Positions 1 through 13,948 of a DNA stretch of 64,000 nt are shown piece by piece. Origin of the DNA: Squalus acanthias (lineage: Eukaryota). The notes beneath the pieces are model-generated. The model was not told where the DNA came from. It did not search any database and saw nothing but the letters and a program-made list of their open reading frames with translations. The stretch's first letter is position 1. Each line of letters begins with the position of its first letter. The position numbers were made by a program, and so were the translations under genes. The stretch spans positions 4,464,001 through 4,528,000 of the forward strand of contig JASTWF010000035.1 in NCBI GenBank assembly GCA_030390025.1. Reading direction: 5' to 3'.

Positions 1-3000
1 TACACAGTGTAATAGGGTCTATAGACTGCAGTGTAAACACCATCAGTACACAGTGTAATAGGGTCTATAGACTGCAGTGTAAACACCATCAGTACACAGT
101 GTAATAGGGTCTATAGACTGCAGTGTAACACCATCAGTACACAGTGTAATAGGGTCTATAGACTGCAGTGTAACACCATCAGTACACAGTGTAATAGGGT
201 CTATAGACTGCAGTGTAAACACCATCAGTACACAGTGTAATAGGGTCTATAGACTGCAGTGTAAACACCATCAGTACACAGTGTAATAGGGTCTATAGAC
301 TGCAGTGTAAACACCATCAGTACACAGTGTAATAGGGTCTATAGACTGCAGTGTAAACACCATCAGTACACAGTGTAATAGGGTCTATAGACTGCAGTGT
401 AAACACCATCAGTACACAGTGTAATAGGGTCTATAGACTGCAGTGTAAACACCATCAGTACACAGTGTAATAGGGTCTATAGACTGCAGTGTAAACACCA
501 TCAGTACACAGTGTAATAGGGTCTATAGACTGCAGTGTAAACACCATCAGTACACAGTGTAATAGGGTCTATAGACTGCAGTGTAAACACCATCAGTACA
601 CAGTGTAATAGGGTCTATAGACTGCAGTGTAACACCATCAGTACACAGTGTAATAGGGTCTATAGACTGCAGTGTAACACCATCAGTACACAGTGTAATA
701 GGGTCTATAGACTGCAGTGTAAACACCATCAGTACACAGTGTAATAGGGTCTATAGACTGCAGTGTAAACACCATCAGTACACAGTGTAATAGGGTCTAT
801 AGACTGCAGTGTAACACCATCAGTACACAGTGTAATAGGGTCTATAGACTGCAGTGTAACACCATCAGTACACAGTGTAATAGGGTCTATAGACTGCAGT
901 GTAAACACCATCAGTACACAGTGTAATAGGGTCTATAGACTGCAGTGTAAACACCATCAGTACACAGTGTAATAGGGTCTATAGACTGCAGTGAAACACC
1001 ATCAGTACACAGTGTAATAGGGTCTATAGACTGCAGTGTAAACACCATCAGTACACAGTGTAATAGGGTCTATAGACTGCAGTGTAAACACCATCAGTAC
1101 ACAGTGTAATAGGGTCTATAGACTGCAGTGTAAACACCATCAGTACACAGTGTAATAGGGTCTATAGACTGCAGTGTAAACACCATCAGTACACAGTGTA
1201 ATAGGGTCTATAGACTGCAGTGTAACACCATCAGTACACAGTGTAATAGGGTCTATAGACTGCAGTGTAAACACCATCAGTACACAGTGTAATAGGGTCT
1301 ATAGACTGCAGTGTAAACACCATCAGTACACAGTGTAATAGGGTCTATAGACTGCAGTGTAAACACCATCAGTACACAGTGTAATAGGGTCTATAGACTG
1401 CAGTGTAAACACCATCAGTACACAGTGTAATAGGGTCTATAGACTGCAGTGTAACACCATCAGTACACAGTGTAATAGGGTCTATAGACTGCAGTGTAAA
1501 CACCATCAGTACACAGTGTAATAGGGTCTATAGACTGCAGTGTAAACACCATCAGTACACAGTGTAATAGGGTCTATAGACTGCAGTGTAAACACCATCA
1601 GTACACAGTGTAATAGGGTCTATAGACTGCAGTGTAAACACCATCAGTACACAGTGTAATAGGGTCTATAGACTGCAGTGTAAACACCATCAGTACACAG
1701 TGTAATAGGGTCTATAGACTGCAGTGTAAACACCATCAGTACACAGTGTAATAGGGTCTATAGACTGCAGTGTAAACACCATCAGTACACAGTGTAATAG
1801 GGTCTATAGACTGCAGTGTAAACACCATCAGTACACAGTGTAATAGGGTCTATAGACTGCAGTGTAAACACCATCAGTACACAGTGTAATAGGGTCTATA
1901 GACTGCAGTGTAACACCATCAGTACACAGTGTAATAGGGTCTATAGACTGCAGTGTAACACCATCAGTACACAGTGTAATAGGGTCTATAGACTGCAGTG
2001 TAAACACCATCAGTACACAGTGTAATAGGGTCTATAGACTGCAGTGTAAACACCATCAGTACACAGTGTAATAGGGTCTATAGACTGCAGTGTAAACACC
2101 ATCAGTACACAGTGTAATAGGGTCTATAGACTGCAGTGTAAACACCATCAGTACACAGTGTAATAGGGTCTATAGACTGCAGTGTAAACACCATCAGTAC
2201 ACAGTGTAATAGGGTCTATAGACTGCAGTGTAAACACCATCAGTACACAGTGTAATAGGGTCTATAGACTGCAGTGTAAACACCATCAGTACACAGTGTA
2301 ATAGGGTCTATAGACTGCAGTGTAAACACCATCAGTACACAGTGTAATAGGGTCTATAGACTGCAGTGTAAACACCATCAGTACACAGTGTAATAGGGTC
2401 TATAGACTGCAGTGTAAACACCATCAGTACACAGTGTAATAGGGTCTATAGACTGCAGTGTAAACACCATCAGTACACAGTGTAATAGGGTCTATAGACT
2501 GCAGTGTAAACACCATCAGTACACAGTGTAATAGGGTCTATAGACTGCAGTGTAACACCATCAGTACACAGTGTAATAGGGTCTATAGACTGCAGTGTAA
2601 ACACCATCAGTACACAGTGTAATAGGGTCTATAGACTGCAGTGTAAACACCATCAGTACACAGTGTAATAGGGTCTATAGACTGCAGTGTAAACACCATC
2701 AGTACACAGTGTAATAGGGTCTATAGACTGCAGTGTAACACCATCAGTACACAGTGTAATAGGGTCTATAGACTGCAGTGTAAACACCATCAGTACACAG
2801 TGTAATAGGGTCTATAGACTGCAGTGTAAACACCATCAGTACACAGTGTAATAGGGTCTATAGACTGCAGTGTAAACACCATCAGTACACAGTGTAATAG
2901 GGTCTATAGACTGCAGTGTAAACACCATCAGTACACAGTGTAATAGGGTCTATAGACTGCAGTGTAACACCATCAGTACACAGTGTAATAGGGTCTATAG

Positions 3001-6000
3001 ACTGCAGTGTAACACCATCAGTACACAGTGTAATAGGGTCTATAGACTGCAGTGTAAACACCATCAGTACACAGTGTAATAGGGTCTATAGACTGCAGTG
3101 TAAACACCATCAGTACACAGTGTAATAGGGTCTATAGACTGCAGTGTAAACACCATCAGTACACAGTGTAATAGGGTCTATAGACTGCAGTGTAAACACC
3201 ATCAGTACACAGTGTAATAGGGTCTATAGACTGCAGTGTAAACACCATCAGTACACAGTGTAATAGGGTCTATAGACTGCAGTGTAAACACCATCAGTAC
3301 ACAGTGTAATAGGGTCTATAGACTGCAGTGTAACACCATCAGTACACAGTGTAATAGGGTCTATAGACTGCAGTGTAACACCATCAGTACACAGTGTAAT
3401 AGGGTCTATAGACTGCAGTGTAAACACCATCAGTACACAGTGTAATAGGGTCTATAGACTGCAGTGTAAACACCATCAGTACACAGTGTAATAGGGTCTA
3501 TAGACTGCAGTGTAAACACCATCAGTACACAGTGTAATAGGGTCTATAGACTGCAGTGTAAACACCATCAGTACACAGTGTAATAGGGTCTATAGACTGC
3601 AGTGTAAACACCATCAGTACACAGTGTAATAGGGTCTATAGACTGCAGTGTAAACACCATCAGTACACAGTGTAATAGGGTCTATAGACTGCAGTGTAAC
3701 ACCATCAGTACACAGTGTAATAGGGTCTATAGACTGCAGTGTAACACCATCAGTACACAGTGTAATAGGGTCTATAGACTGCAGTGTAAACACCATCAGT
3801 ACACAGTGTAATAGGGTCTATAGACTGCAGTGTAAACACCATCAGTACACAGTGTAATCGGGTCTATAGACTGCAGTGTAACACCATCAGTACACAGTGT
3901 AATAGGGTCTATAGACTGCAGTGTAACACCATCAGTACACAGTGTAATAGGGTCTATAGACTGCAGTGTAAACACCATCAGTACACAGTGTAATAGGGTC
4001 TATAGACTGCAGTGTAACACCATCAGTACACAGTGTAATAGGGTCTATAGACTGCAGTGTAACACCATCAGTACACAGTGTAATAGGGTCTATAGACTGC
4101 AGTGTAAACACCATCAGTACACAGTGTAATAGGGTCTATAGACTGCAGTGTAAACACCATCAGTACACAGTGTAATAGGGTCTATAGACTGCAGTGTAAA
4201 CACCATCAGTACACAGTGTAATAGGGTCTATAGACTGCAGTGTAACACCATCAGTACACAGTGTAATAGGGTCTATAGACTGCAGTGTAACACCATCAGT
4301 ACACAGTGTAATAGGGTCTATAGACTGCAGTGTAAACACCATCAGTACACAGTGTAATAGGGTCTATAGACTGCAGTGTAAACACCATCAGTACACAGTG
4401 TAATCGGGTCTATAGACTGCAGTGTAAACACCATCAGTACACAGTGTAATAGGGTCTATAGACTGCAGTGTAAACACCATCAGTACACAGTGTAATAGGG
4501 TCTATAGACTGCAGTGTAAACACCATCAGTACACAGTGTAATAGGTCTATAGACTGCAGTGTAACACCATCAGTACACAGTGTAATAGGGTCTATAGACT
4601 GCAGTGTAAACACCATCAGTACACAGTGTAATAGGGTCTATAGACTGCAGTGTAAACACCATCAGTACACAGTGTAATAGGGTCTATAGACTGCAGTGTA
4701 AACACCATCAGTACACAGTGTAATAGGGTCTATAGACTGCAGTGTAAACACCATCAGTACACAGTGTAATAGGGTCTATAGACTGCAGTGTAAACACCAT
4801 CAGTACACAGTGTAATAGGGTCTATAGACTGCAGTGTAAACACCATCAGTACACAGTGTAATAGGGTCTATAGACTACAGTGTCACACCATCAGTACACA
4901 GTGTAATAGGGTCTATAGACTGCAGTGTAACACCATCAGTACACAGTGTAATAGGGTCTATAGACTTCAGTGTAAACACCATCAGTACACAGTGTAATAG
5001 GGTCTATAGACTGCAGTGTAAACACCATCAGTACACAGTGTAATAGGTTCTATAGACTGCAGTGTAAACACCATCAGTACACAGTGTAATAGGGTCTATA
5101 GACTGCAGTGTAAACACCATCAGTACACAGTGTAATACGGTCTATAGACTGCAGTGTAACACCATCAGTACACAGTGTAATAGGGTCTATAGACTCAGTG
5201 TAAACACCATCACTACACAGAGTAATAGGGTCTATAGACTGCAGTGAAAACACCATCAGTACACAGTGTAATAGGGTCTATAGACTGCAGTGTAAACACC
5301 ATCAGTACACAGTGCAATAGGGTCTATAGACTGCAGTGTTACACCATCAGTACACTGTGTAATCGGGTCTATAGACTGCAGTGTAAACACCATCAGTACA
5401 CAGTGTAATAGGGTCTATAGACTGCAGTGTAAACACCATCAGTACACAGTGTAATCGGGTCTATAGACTGCAGTGTAAACACCATCAGTACACAGTGTAA
5501 TAGGGTCTATAGACTGCAGTGTAAACACCATCAGTACACAGTGTAATAGGTTCTATAGACTGCAGTGTAACACCATCAGTACACAGTGTAATAGGGTCTG
5601 TAGACTGCAGTGTAACACCATCAGTACACAGTGTAATCGGGTCTATAGACTGCAGTGTAAACACCATCAGTACACAGTGTAATCGGGTCTATAGACTGCA
5701 GTGTAAACACCATCAGTACACAGTGTAATAGGGTCTATGGACTGCAGTGTAACACCATCAGTACACAGTGTAATAGGGTCTATAGACTGCAGTGTAAACA
5801 CCATCAGTACACAGTGTAATAGGGTCCATAGACTGCAGTGTAAACACCATCAGTACACAGTGTAATAGGGTCTATAGACTGCAGTGTAAACACCATCAGT
5901 ACACAGTGTAATAGGGTCTATAGACTGCAGTGAAACACCATCAGTACACAGTGTAATCGGGTCTATAGACTGCAGTGTAAACACCATCAGTACACAGTGT

Positions 6001-6600
6001 AATCGGGTCTATAGACTGCAGTGTAACACCATCAGTACACAGTGTAACAGGGTCTTTCGACTGCAGTGTAAACACCATCAGTACACAGTGTAATCGGGTC
6101 TATAGACTGCAGTGTAAACCCCATTAGTACACAGTGTAATCGGGTCTATAGACTGCAATGTAACACCATCAGTACACAGTGTAATAGGGTCCATAGACTG
6201 CAGTGAAACACCATCAGTTCACAGTGTAATAGGGTCTATAGACTGCAGTGTAAACACCATCAGTACACAGTGTAATAGGGTCTATAGACTGCAGTGTAAA
6301 CACCATCAGTACACAGTGTAATAGGGTCTATAGACTGCAGTGTAACACCATCAGTACACAGTGTAATAGGGTCTATAGACTGCAGTGTAACACCATCAGT
6401 ACACAGTGTAATAGGGTCTATAGACTGCAGTGAAACACCATCAGTACACAGTGTAATAGGGTCGATAGACTGCAGTGTAAACACCATCAGTACACAGTGT
6501 AATAGGGTCTATAGACTGCAGTGTAAACACCATCAGTACACAGTGTAATAGGGTCTATAGACTGCAGTGTAACACCATCAGTATAATAGGGTCTATAGAA
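1..6600. repeat. 45/46-bp tandem satellite (TACACAGTGTAATAGGGTCTATAGACTGCAGTGTAA(A)CACCATCAG), ~140 units, continues beyond the left edge
   Basis: Near-identical tandem units read directly from the sequence. Point variants accumulate after ~4860. The 60-aa ORFs are translations of the repeat. Confidence 0.98.
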
Positions 6601-7020
6601 TGCATAGAAACATAGAAAAATAGTAGCAGGAGTAGTCCATTCAGCCCTTCGAGCCTGCTGCGCCATTCAATATGATAATGGCTGATCCTCTATCTCAATA
6701 CCATATTCCCGCTCTCTCCCCACACACCTTGATGCCTTGTGTATCTAGAAATCTATCTATTTCCTTCTTAAATATATTCAGTGACTTGGCCTCCACAGCC
6801 TTCTGTGGTAGAGAATTCCACAGGTTCACCACCCTCTGAGTGATTACATTTCTCCTCAACTCAGTCCTAAATGTCCTTCCCCGTATCCTGAGACTGTGAC
6901 CCCTCGTCCTAGAGCCCCCCAGCCAGGGGAAACATCCTCCCTGCATCCACTCTGTCCAGCCCTGTCAGAATTTTATACGTTTCAATTAGATCCCCTCTCA
7001 TTCTTCTAAACCCTAGTAAA

Positions 7021-8166
7021 AAGGCATGGGATACTTGCCTTCATTAGCCGAGGCATAGAGTATAAGAGCAGGGAGGTTATGATGGAGCTGTACAAAACGC
7101 TAGTTAGGCCACAGCTGGAATACTGTGTGCAGTTCTGGTCGCCACACTATAGGAAGGATGTAATTGCATAAGAAATAGGAGCAGGAGTAGGCCAATCGGC
7201 CCCTCGAGCCTGCTCCGCCATTCAATAAGATCATGGCTGATCTGATCCTAACCTCAAATCTAAAGAACACAAGAAGTAGGAGCTGGACCCGGCCACTCAG
7301 CCCCTGGGCCCGCTCTGCCACCCACAGGGCCTTGACCGATCCGAACTCAGCCTCATGTCCAATTTCTTGCCCGCTCACCGTAACCCCTGATTCCCTTTAC
7401 CTCTAGGAAACTGTCTATTTCTGTTTTAAATTTATTTAATGATGTAGCTTCCACAGCTTCCTGGGGCAGCAAATTCCACAGACCTACTACCCTCTGAGTG
7501 AAGAAGTTTCTCCTCATCTCAGTTTTGAAAGAGCAGCCCCTTATTCTATGATTATGTCCCCTAGTTCTAGTTTCACCCATCATTGGGAACATCCTCACCG
7601 CATCCACCCGATCAAGCCCCTTCACAATCTTTTATGTTTCAAAAAGATCGCCTCTCATTCTTCTGAACTCCAATTGGAGTGGGTGCAGAGGAGATTTACC
7701 AGGATGTTACCTGGGCTGCAGCGCTTCAGCTATGAAGAGAGACTGGACAGGCTGGGATTGTTTTCCTTAGAGCAGAGAAGGCTGAGGGGGGACCTGATTG
7801 AGGTATACAAAATTATGAGGGGCATAGATAGGGTAGATAGAAAGGAACTTTTCCCCTTAGTAGAGGGGTCAATAACCAGGGGGCATAGTTTCAAGGTAAG
7901 GGGCAGGAGGTTTAGAGGAGATTTGAGGAAAAACTTTTTCACCCAGAGGGTGGTAGGAATCTGGAACTCACTGCCTGAAAGGGTGGTAGAGGCAGGAACC
8001 CTCACAACATTCAAGAAGCATTTAGATGAGCACTTGAAACGCCATAGCATACAAGGCTACGGACCAAGTGCTGGAAAATGGGATTAGAATAGACAGGGCT
8101 TGATGGTCGGCGTGGACACGATGGGCCGAAGGGCCTCTTTCTGTGCTGTATAACTCTATGACTCTA
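7021..8166 (+). mobile_element. 5'-truncated CR1 LINE 'B' inserted in A and itself interrupted by C
   Basis: ORF2 C-terminus ([11 protein letters not shown]...VQRRFTRMLPG...FFTQRVV) and 3' tail CTCTATGACTCTA at ~8154-8166. Element A resumes in register after it. Confidence 0.88.
7167..7673 (-). mobile_element. 5'-truncated CR1 LINE 'C' (double-3'UTR subfamily) inserted in B
   Basis: ORF 7353-7625 encodes the ORF2 C-terminus and is near-identical to the end of 10907-11521. B is split at ATTGCA/TTGGAG. Confidence 0.88.
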
Positions 8167-10907
8167 ATACAGGCCTAGTCGACCCAATCTCTCCTCATAC
8201 GACAGTCCTGCCATCCCAGGAATCAGTCTGGTGAACCTTTGCTACACTCCCTCTTTGGCAAGTATATCTTTTCTTAGGTAAGGAGACCAAAACTGCACAC
8301 AGTACTCCAGGTATGGTCTCACCAAGGCCCTGTATAACTGTAGTAAGACATCCTTGCTCCTGTACTCAAATCCTCTTGCAATGAAGGCCAACATACCATT
8401 TGCCTTCCTAACTGCTTGCTGCACCTGCATGTTTGCTTTCAGTGACTGGTGTACAAGGACACCCAGGTCCCTCTGTACATCAACATTTCCCAATCTATCA
8501 CCATTTAAATAATACTCTGCCTTTCTGTTTTTCCTACCGAAGTGGATAACTTCACATTTATCCACGTTATACTGCATCTGCCATGTATTTGCCCACTCAC
8601 TCAACTTGTCTAAATCGCCTTGAAGCCTCTTTGCATCCTCCTCACAACTCACAATCCCACCTAGTTTCGTGTCGTCAGCAAACTTGGAAATATTACATTT
8701 GGTTCCCTCATCCAAATCATTGATATATATTGTGAATAGCTGGGGCCCAAGCACTGATCCCTGCGGTACCCCACTCGTCACCGCCTGCCACCCCGAAAAA
8801 GACCCATTTATTCCTACTCTCTGTTTCCTGTCTGTTAACCAATTTTCAATCCATGCCAGTATATTACCCCCAATCCCATGTGCTTTAATTTTGCACACTA
8901 ACCTCTTATGTGGGACTTTATCAAAGGCCTTCTGAAAATCCAAATACACCACATCCACTGGTTCTCCCTTATCTATTCTACCAGTTACATCCTCAAAAAA
9001 CTCCAGTAGGGTTGTCAAACACGATTTCCCTTTCATAAATCCATGTTGACTTTGTCTAATCCCGTTGATATTTTGTCAGTGTCCTGTTATCACATCCTTT
9101 ATAATAGACTCTAGCATTTTCCCTACTACTGATGTGAGGCTAACAGGTCTGTAGTTCCCTGTTTTCTCTCTCCCTCCCATTTTTAAATAGTGGGGTTACA
9201 TTTGCCACCCTCCAATCTGCAGGAACTGTTCGATAATCTATAGTATTTTGGAAGATGACAACCAATGCGCCCACTATCCCAATGGCCACCTCTTTCAAAA
9301 CCCTAGGATGTAGGTCATCTGGTCCTTGGGATTTATCGACTTTTAGTCCCATTAATTTTGCTAGTACTGTTTTTTTACTAATAATTTCTTCAAGTTCCTC
9401 ATTCTCGCCACACCCTTGGTTTTCTGGGAGGTTTTTTGTATCTTCCTCCGTGAAGACAGAAACAATGAATTTATTTAATTTCTCAGCCATTTCCTCATTC
9501 CCCATTATAAATTCTCCCGTCTCTGACTGTAAAGGACCTACATTTACCTTCGCTGGTCTTTTCCTTTTCACATACCTATGGAAGCTTTTACAATCCGTTT
9601 TTATATTTTTCGCTAATTTGTGCTCATATTCCATTTTCCCTTTCTTTATCAATTTCTTGGTCCCCCTTTGCTGATTTCTAAAAAGATCCCAATCCTCAGG
9701 CTGACCGCTTTTTCTGGCAACTTTATAAGCTTCCTCCTTTGACTTAATACTCGCTTTAATTTCTTTTGTTAGCCATGGTTGGATCACTTTTCCTTTTGGG
9801 TTTTTATGCCCTAGAGGAATATATGTTTGTTGCAAATTATGCATTATTTCCTTGAATGTTAGCCATTGTATGTCCACCTTCATACCTTTTAATGTAGTCT
9901 CCCAATCTACCATGTCCAACTTGTCCCTCATACCCTTGTAGTTTCCTCTGTTTAGATTGAAGACCTTAGTTTCAGATTGGACGACATCACTCTCAAACTT
10001 AATGTAAAATTCAATCATATTGAATTGTCCCTAAAGGCCCCTTTACCACACGATTATTGATTAGCCCTTTCTCATTACACAGTACCAGATCCAGAATAGC
10101 CTGTTCCCTGGTTGGTTCCTCCACATACTGATCCAGGAAACCATCTCGCATGCATTCCAAGAATTCGTCCTCCACACCATTCGTGGTAATTTGATTTGCC
10201 CAGTCAATATGTAGATTAAAGTCCCCCATGATTACCGTATTGCCCCTGTTACATGCTCTTCTAATCTCTTGATTGATACTGTGCTCTACATTACCATTAC
10301 TGTTTGGTGGCCTATACACAACTCCCACCAATGTTTTCCGCCCTTTGCTGTTTCTTAGCTCCACCCAAACTGATTCCAGTTCTACATCACGATCTGCCGA
10401 GCCAAGATCTTTTATCTCTACCGTACCGATCTCATCCCTTATTAACAGCGCTACGCCACCTCCTTTTCCTTTTTGTCTGACCTTCCTAAATGTTGAGTAC
10501 CCTGGAACATTCAGTTCCCAGCTTTGGTTACCTTGCAACCATGTCTCTGTAATGGCAATTACATCATACCCATTTACTTCTATTTGTACCATTAATTCAT
10601 CCACCTTGTTGCGAATGCTACGTGCATTTAGATAAAGTGCCTTCAACTTTGCCTGTCAAATTTTTTTCTGCACTTTGACCCTCTTTACTGTTGACCTTTG
10701 TTTCTGCTCCCTACTAGTTTTGCTGACTACTTTTCTAACTTGCACTTCCAGCTTTGTTTCTCTCTGTTCTGGGCCCACACTTAGGTTCCCAGCCCCCTGA
10801 CAAACTAGTTTAAATCCTTCCCAACAGCACTAGCAAACCCCCCTGCGAGGATGTTGGTCCCGTTTCTGCCGAGGTGTAACCCGTCCAGCTTGTACAGGTC
10901 CCACCTT

Positions 10908-11718
10908 TGGTGCAAGAAAATCAAAAAGTTAGTATGCAGGTGCAGCAGATGATCAAGAAAGCCAATGGAATGTTGGCTTTTATTGCTAGGGGGATAGAAT
11001 ATAAAAACAGGGAGGTATTGCTGCAGTTGTATAAGGTATTGGTGAGACCGCACCTGGAGTACTGCATACAGTTTTGGTGTCCATACTTAAGAAAAGACAT
11101 ACTTGCTCTCGAGGCAGTACAAAGAAGGTTCACTCGGTTAATTCCGGGGATGAGGGGGTGGACATACGAGGAGAGGTTGAGTAGATTGGGACTCTACTCA
11201 TTGGAGTTCAGAGGAATGAGAGGCGATCTTATTGAAACATATAAGATTGTGAAGGGGCTTGATCGGGTGGACGCAGTGAGGATGTTCCCAATGATGGGTG
11301 AAACGAGAACTAGGGGGCATAATCTTAGAATAAGGGGCTGCTCTTTCAAAACTGAGATGAGGAGAAACTTTTTCACTCAGAGGGTAGTGGGTCTGTGGAG
11401 TTTGCTACCCCAGGAAGCTGTGGAAGCTACTTCATTAAATAAATTTAAAACAGAAATAGACAGTTTCCTAGAGGTAAAGGGAATCAGGGGTTACGGGGAG
11501 CGGGCTGGAAATTGGACATGAGTTTGAGTTCGGATCGGTCAAGGCCCTGTGGGTGGCGGAGCGGGCCCAGGGGCTGAGTGGCCTGGTCCTGCTCCTACTT
11601 CTTGTGTTCTTTAGAGTTGAGGTTAGGATCAGATCAGCCATGATCTCATTGAATGGCGGAGCAGGCTCGAGGGGCCGATTGGTCTACTCCTGCACCTATT
11701 TCTTATGTTCTTATGTTC
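10908..11718 (+). mobile_element. 5'-truncated CR1 LINE 'D' (double-3'UTR subfamily) inserted in ORF1 of A
   Basis: 204-aa ORF2 C-terminal ORF and a (TTCTTATG)n tail ending ~11718. Confidence 0.9.
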
Positions 11719-11904
11719 CCCAGAATCGGTCCCAATGCCTCAGGAATTTAAATCCCTCCCTCTTACACCATCTCTCCAGCCACGCATTCATCTGGTCTAT
11801 TCTCCTATTTCTGCTCTCGCTAGCACGTGGCACTGGGAGTAATCCTGAGATTACTACCTTTTGAGGTCCTACTTTTTAATTTATTTCCGAGCTCCCTACA
11901 TTGA

Positions 11905-12165
11905 TTCCAGCTCTGTTGAGGTGCAACCCGTTCGGCCTGTACAGGTCTCACCTCCCCCAGAAATGGTCCCAATGTACCAGGAATCTAAAGCCTCCCTCCT
12001 GCACCATCTCTCCAGCCACGCATTCAGCCGCTCAGTGATATCCTTGACCCTGGCACCAGGGAGGCAACATACCATCCTGGAATCACGTCTGCGGCCACAG
12101 AAACACCTGTCTAATCCCCAAACTATCGAATCTCCTATCACTATTACTTTCCTGGTCTTCCTCCT
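11905..12165 (-). mobile_element. Internally deleted CR1 ORF1 (SGNH/GDSL esterase) fragment
   Basis: VIVIGDSIV...[14 protein letters not shown], closely matching ORF1 of element F. Confidence 0.8.
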
Positions 12166-12184
12166 TCCCCCCACCCCCCCCACC

Positions 12185-12707
12185 GGTGTGTGTGTGTATG
12201 TGTGTCGCTGTGTGTGTGTGTCGCTGTGTGTGTGTGTCGCTGTGTGTGTGTGTCGCTGTGTGTGTGTGTCGCTGTGTGTGTGTGTCGCTGTGTGTGTGTG
12301 TCGCTGTGTGTGTGTCAGTCGCTGTGTGTGTGTCAGTCGCTGTGTGTGTGTGTGTGTGTCGCTGTGTGTGTGTGTGTGGCTGTGTGTGTGTGTGTGTGTC
12401 GCTGTGTGTGTGTGTGTCGCTGTGTGTGTGTGTGTCGCTGTGTGTGTGTGTGTGGCTGTGTGTGTGTGTGTGTGTCGCTGTGTGTGTGTGTGTCGCTGTG
12501 TGTGTGTGTGGCTGTGTGTGTGTGTGTGTCGCTGTGTGTGTGTGTGTGTGTCGCTGTGTGTGTGTGTCTGTGTGTGTGTGTGTGTGTCGCTGTGTGTGTG
12601 TGTGTGTGTCGCTGTGTGTGTGTGTGTGTGTCGCTGTGTGTGTGTGTGTGTGTCGCTGTGTGTGTCGCTGTGTGTGTGTGTGTCGCTGTGTGTGTGTGTG
12701 TGTGTCG

Positions 12708-12740
<33 letters not shown>

Positions 12741-13273
12741 GCTGTGTGTGTGTCGCTGTGTGTGTGTGTGTGTGTCGCTGTGTGTGTGTGTGTGTGTGTG
12801 TGTGTGTCGCTGTGTGTGTGTGTGTCGCTGTGTGTGTGTGTGTGTGTCGCTGTGTGTGTGTGTGTGTGTCGCTGTGTGTGTGTGTGTCGCTGTGTGTGTG
12901 TGTGTGTCGCTGTGTGTGTGTGTGTGTGTCGCTGTGTGTGTGTGTCGCTGTGTGTGTGTGTCGCTGTGTGTGTGTGTCGCTGGGTGTGTGTGTCGCTGTG
13001 TGTGTGTGTGTCTGTCGCTGTGTGTGTGTGTGTGTCGCTGTGTGTGTGTGTGTGTCGCTGTGTGTGTGTGTGTGTGTGTCGCTGTGTGTGTGTGTCTGTC
13101 GCTGTGTGTGTGTGTGTGTCGCTGTGTGTGTGTGTGTGTGTGTGTCGCTGTGTGTGTGTGTGTCGCTGGGTGTGTGTGTCGCTGTGTGTGTGTGTGTGTC
13201 GCTGTGTGTGTGTGTCTGTCGCTGTGTGTGTGTGTGTGTCGCTGTGTGTGTGTGTGTGTGTGTGTGTGTGTCG

Positions 13274-13312
<39 letters not shown>

Positions 13313-13437
13313 GCTGTGTGTGTGTGTCTGTCGCTGTGTGTGTGTGTGTCGCTGTGTGTGTGTGTGTGTCGCTGTGTGTGTGTCGCTGTGTGTGTGTGTG
13401 TGTGTGTGTGTGTCGCTGTGTGTGTGTGTGTGTGTCG

Positions 13438-13474
<37 letters not shown>

Positions 13475-13498
13475 GCTGTGTGTGTGTGTGTGTGTCGC

Positions 13499-13536
<38 letters not shown>

Positions 13537-13585
13537 GCTGTGTGTGTGTGTCGCTGTGTGTGTGTGTGTCGCTGTGTGTGTGTCG

Positions 13586-13622
<37 letters not shown>

Positions 13623-13773
13623 GCTGTGTGTGTGTGTGTGTCGCTGTGTGTGTGTGTGTGTCGCTGTGTGTGTGTGTGTGTCGCTGTGTGTGTGTGTGTG
13701 TGTGTGTGTGTCGCTGTGTGTGTGTGTGTGTGTGTGTGTGTCGCTGTGTGTGTGTGTGTGTGTGTGTGTGTCG

Positions 13774-13820
<47 letters not shown>

Positions 13821-13821
13821 G

Positions 13822-13860
<39 letters not shown>

Positions 13861-13861
13861 G

Positions 13862-13896
<35 letters not shown>

Positions 13897-13915
13897 GCTG
13901 TGTGTGTGTGTGTCG

Positions 13916-13948
<33 letters not shown>

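Larger units (their letters stand above)
6603..11900 (-). mobile_element. CR1-type LINE 'A', degenerate, split into three pieces (6603-7020, 8167-10906, 11718-~11900) by younger insertions
   Basis: (CATAGAAA)n reverse tail at ~6603. RT motifs YLDFQKAFDKVPH, GVPQGSVLGP and FADD in 8242-9036. APE endonuclease motifs YLNARS, ITETW and GDFN in 10011-10646. ORF1 esterase C-terminus (DGLHL) at ~10805-10906. Frameshifts separate the ORF pieces. Confidence 0.92.

Noticed and set aside
1..6600. CRISPR array or repeated small-peptide genes
   Set aside because: The units are palindromic but directly adjacent, with no unique spacers and no cas genes, in vertebrate context. The 60-aa ORFs simply track 45/46-bp unit combinations.
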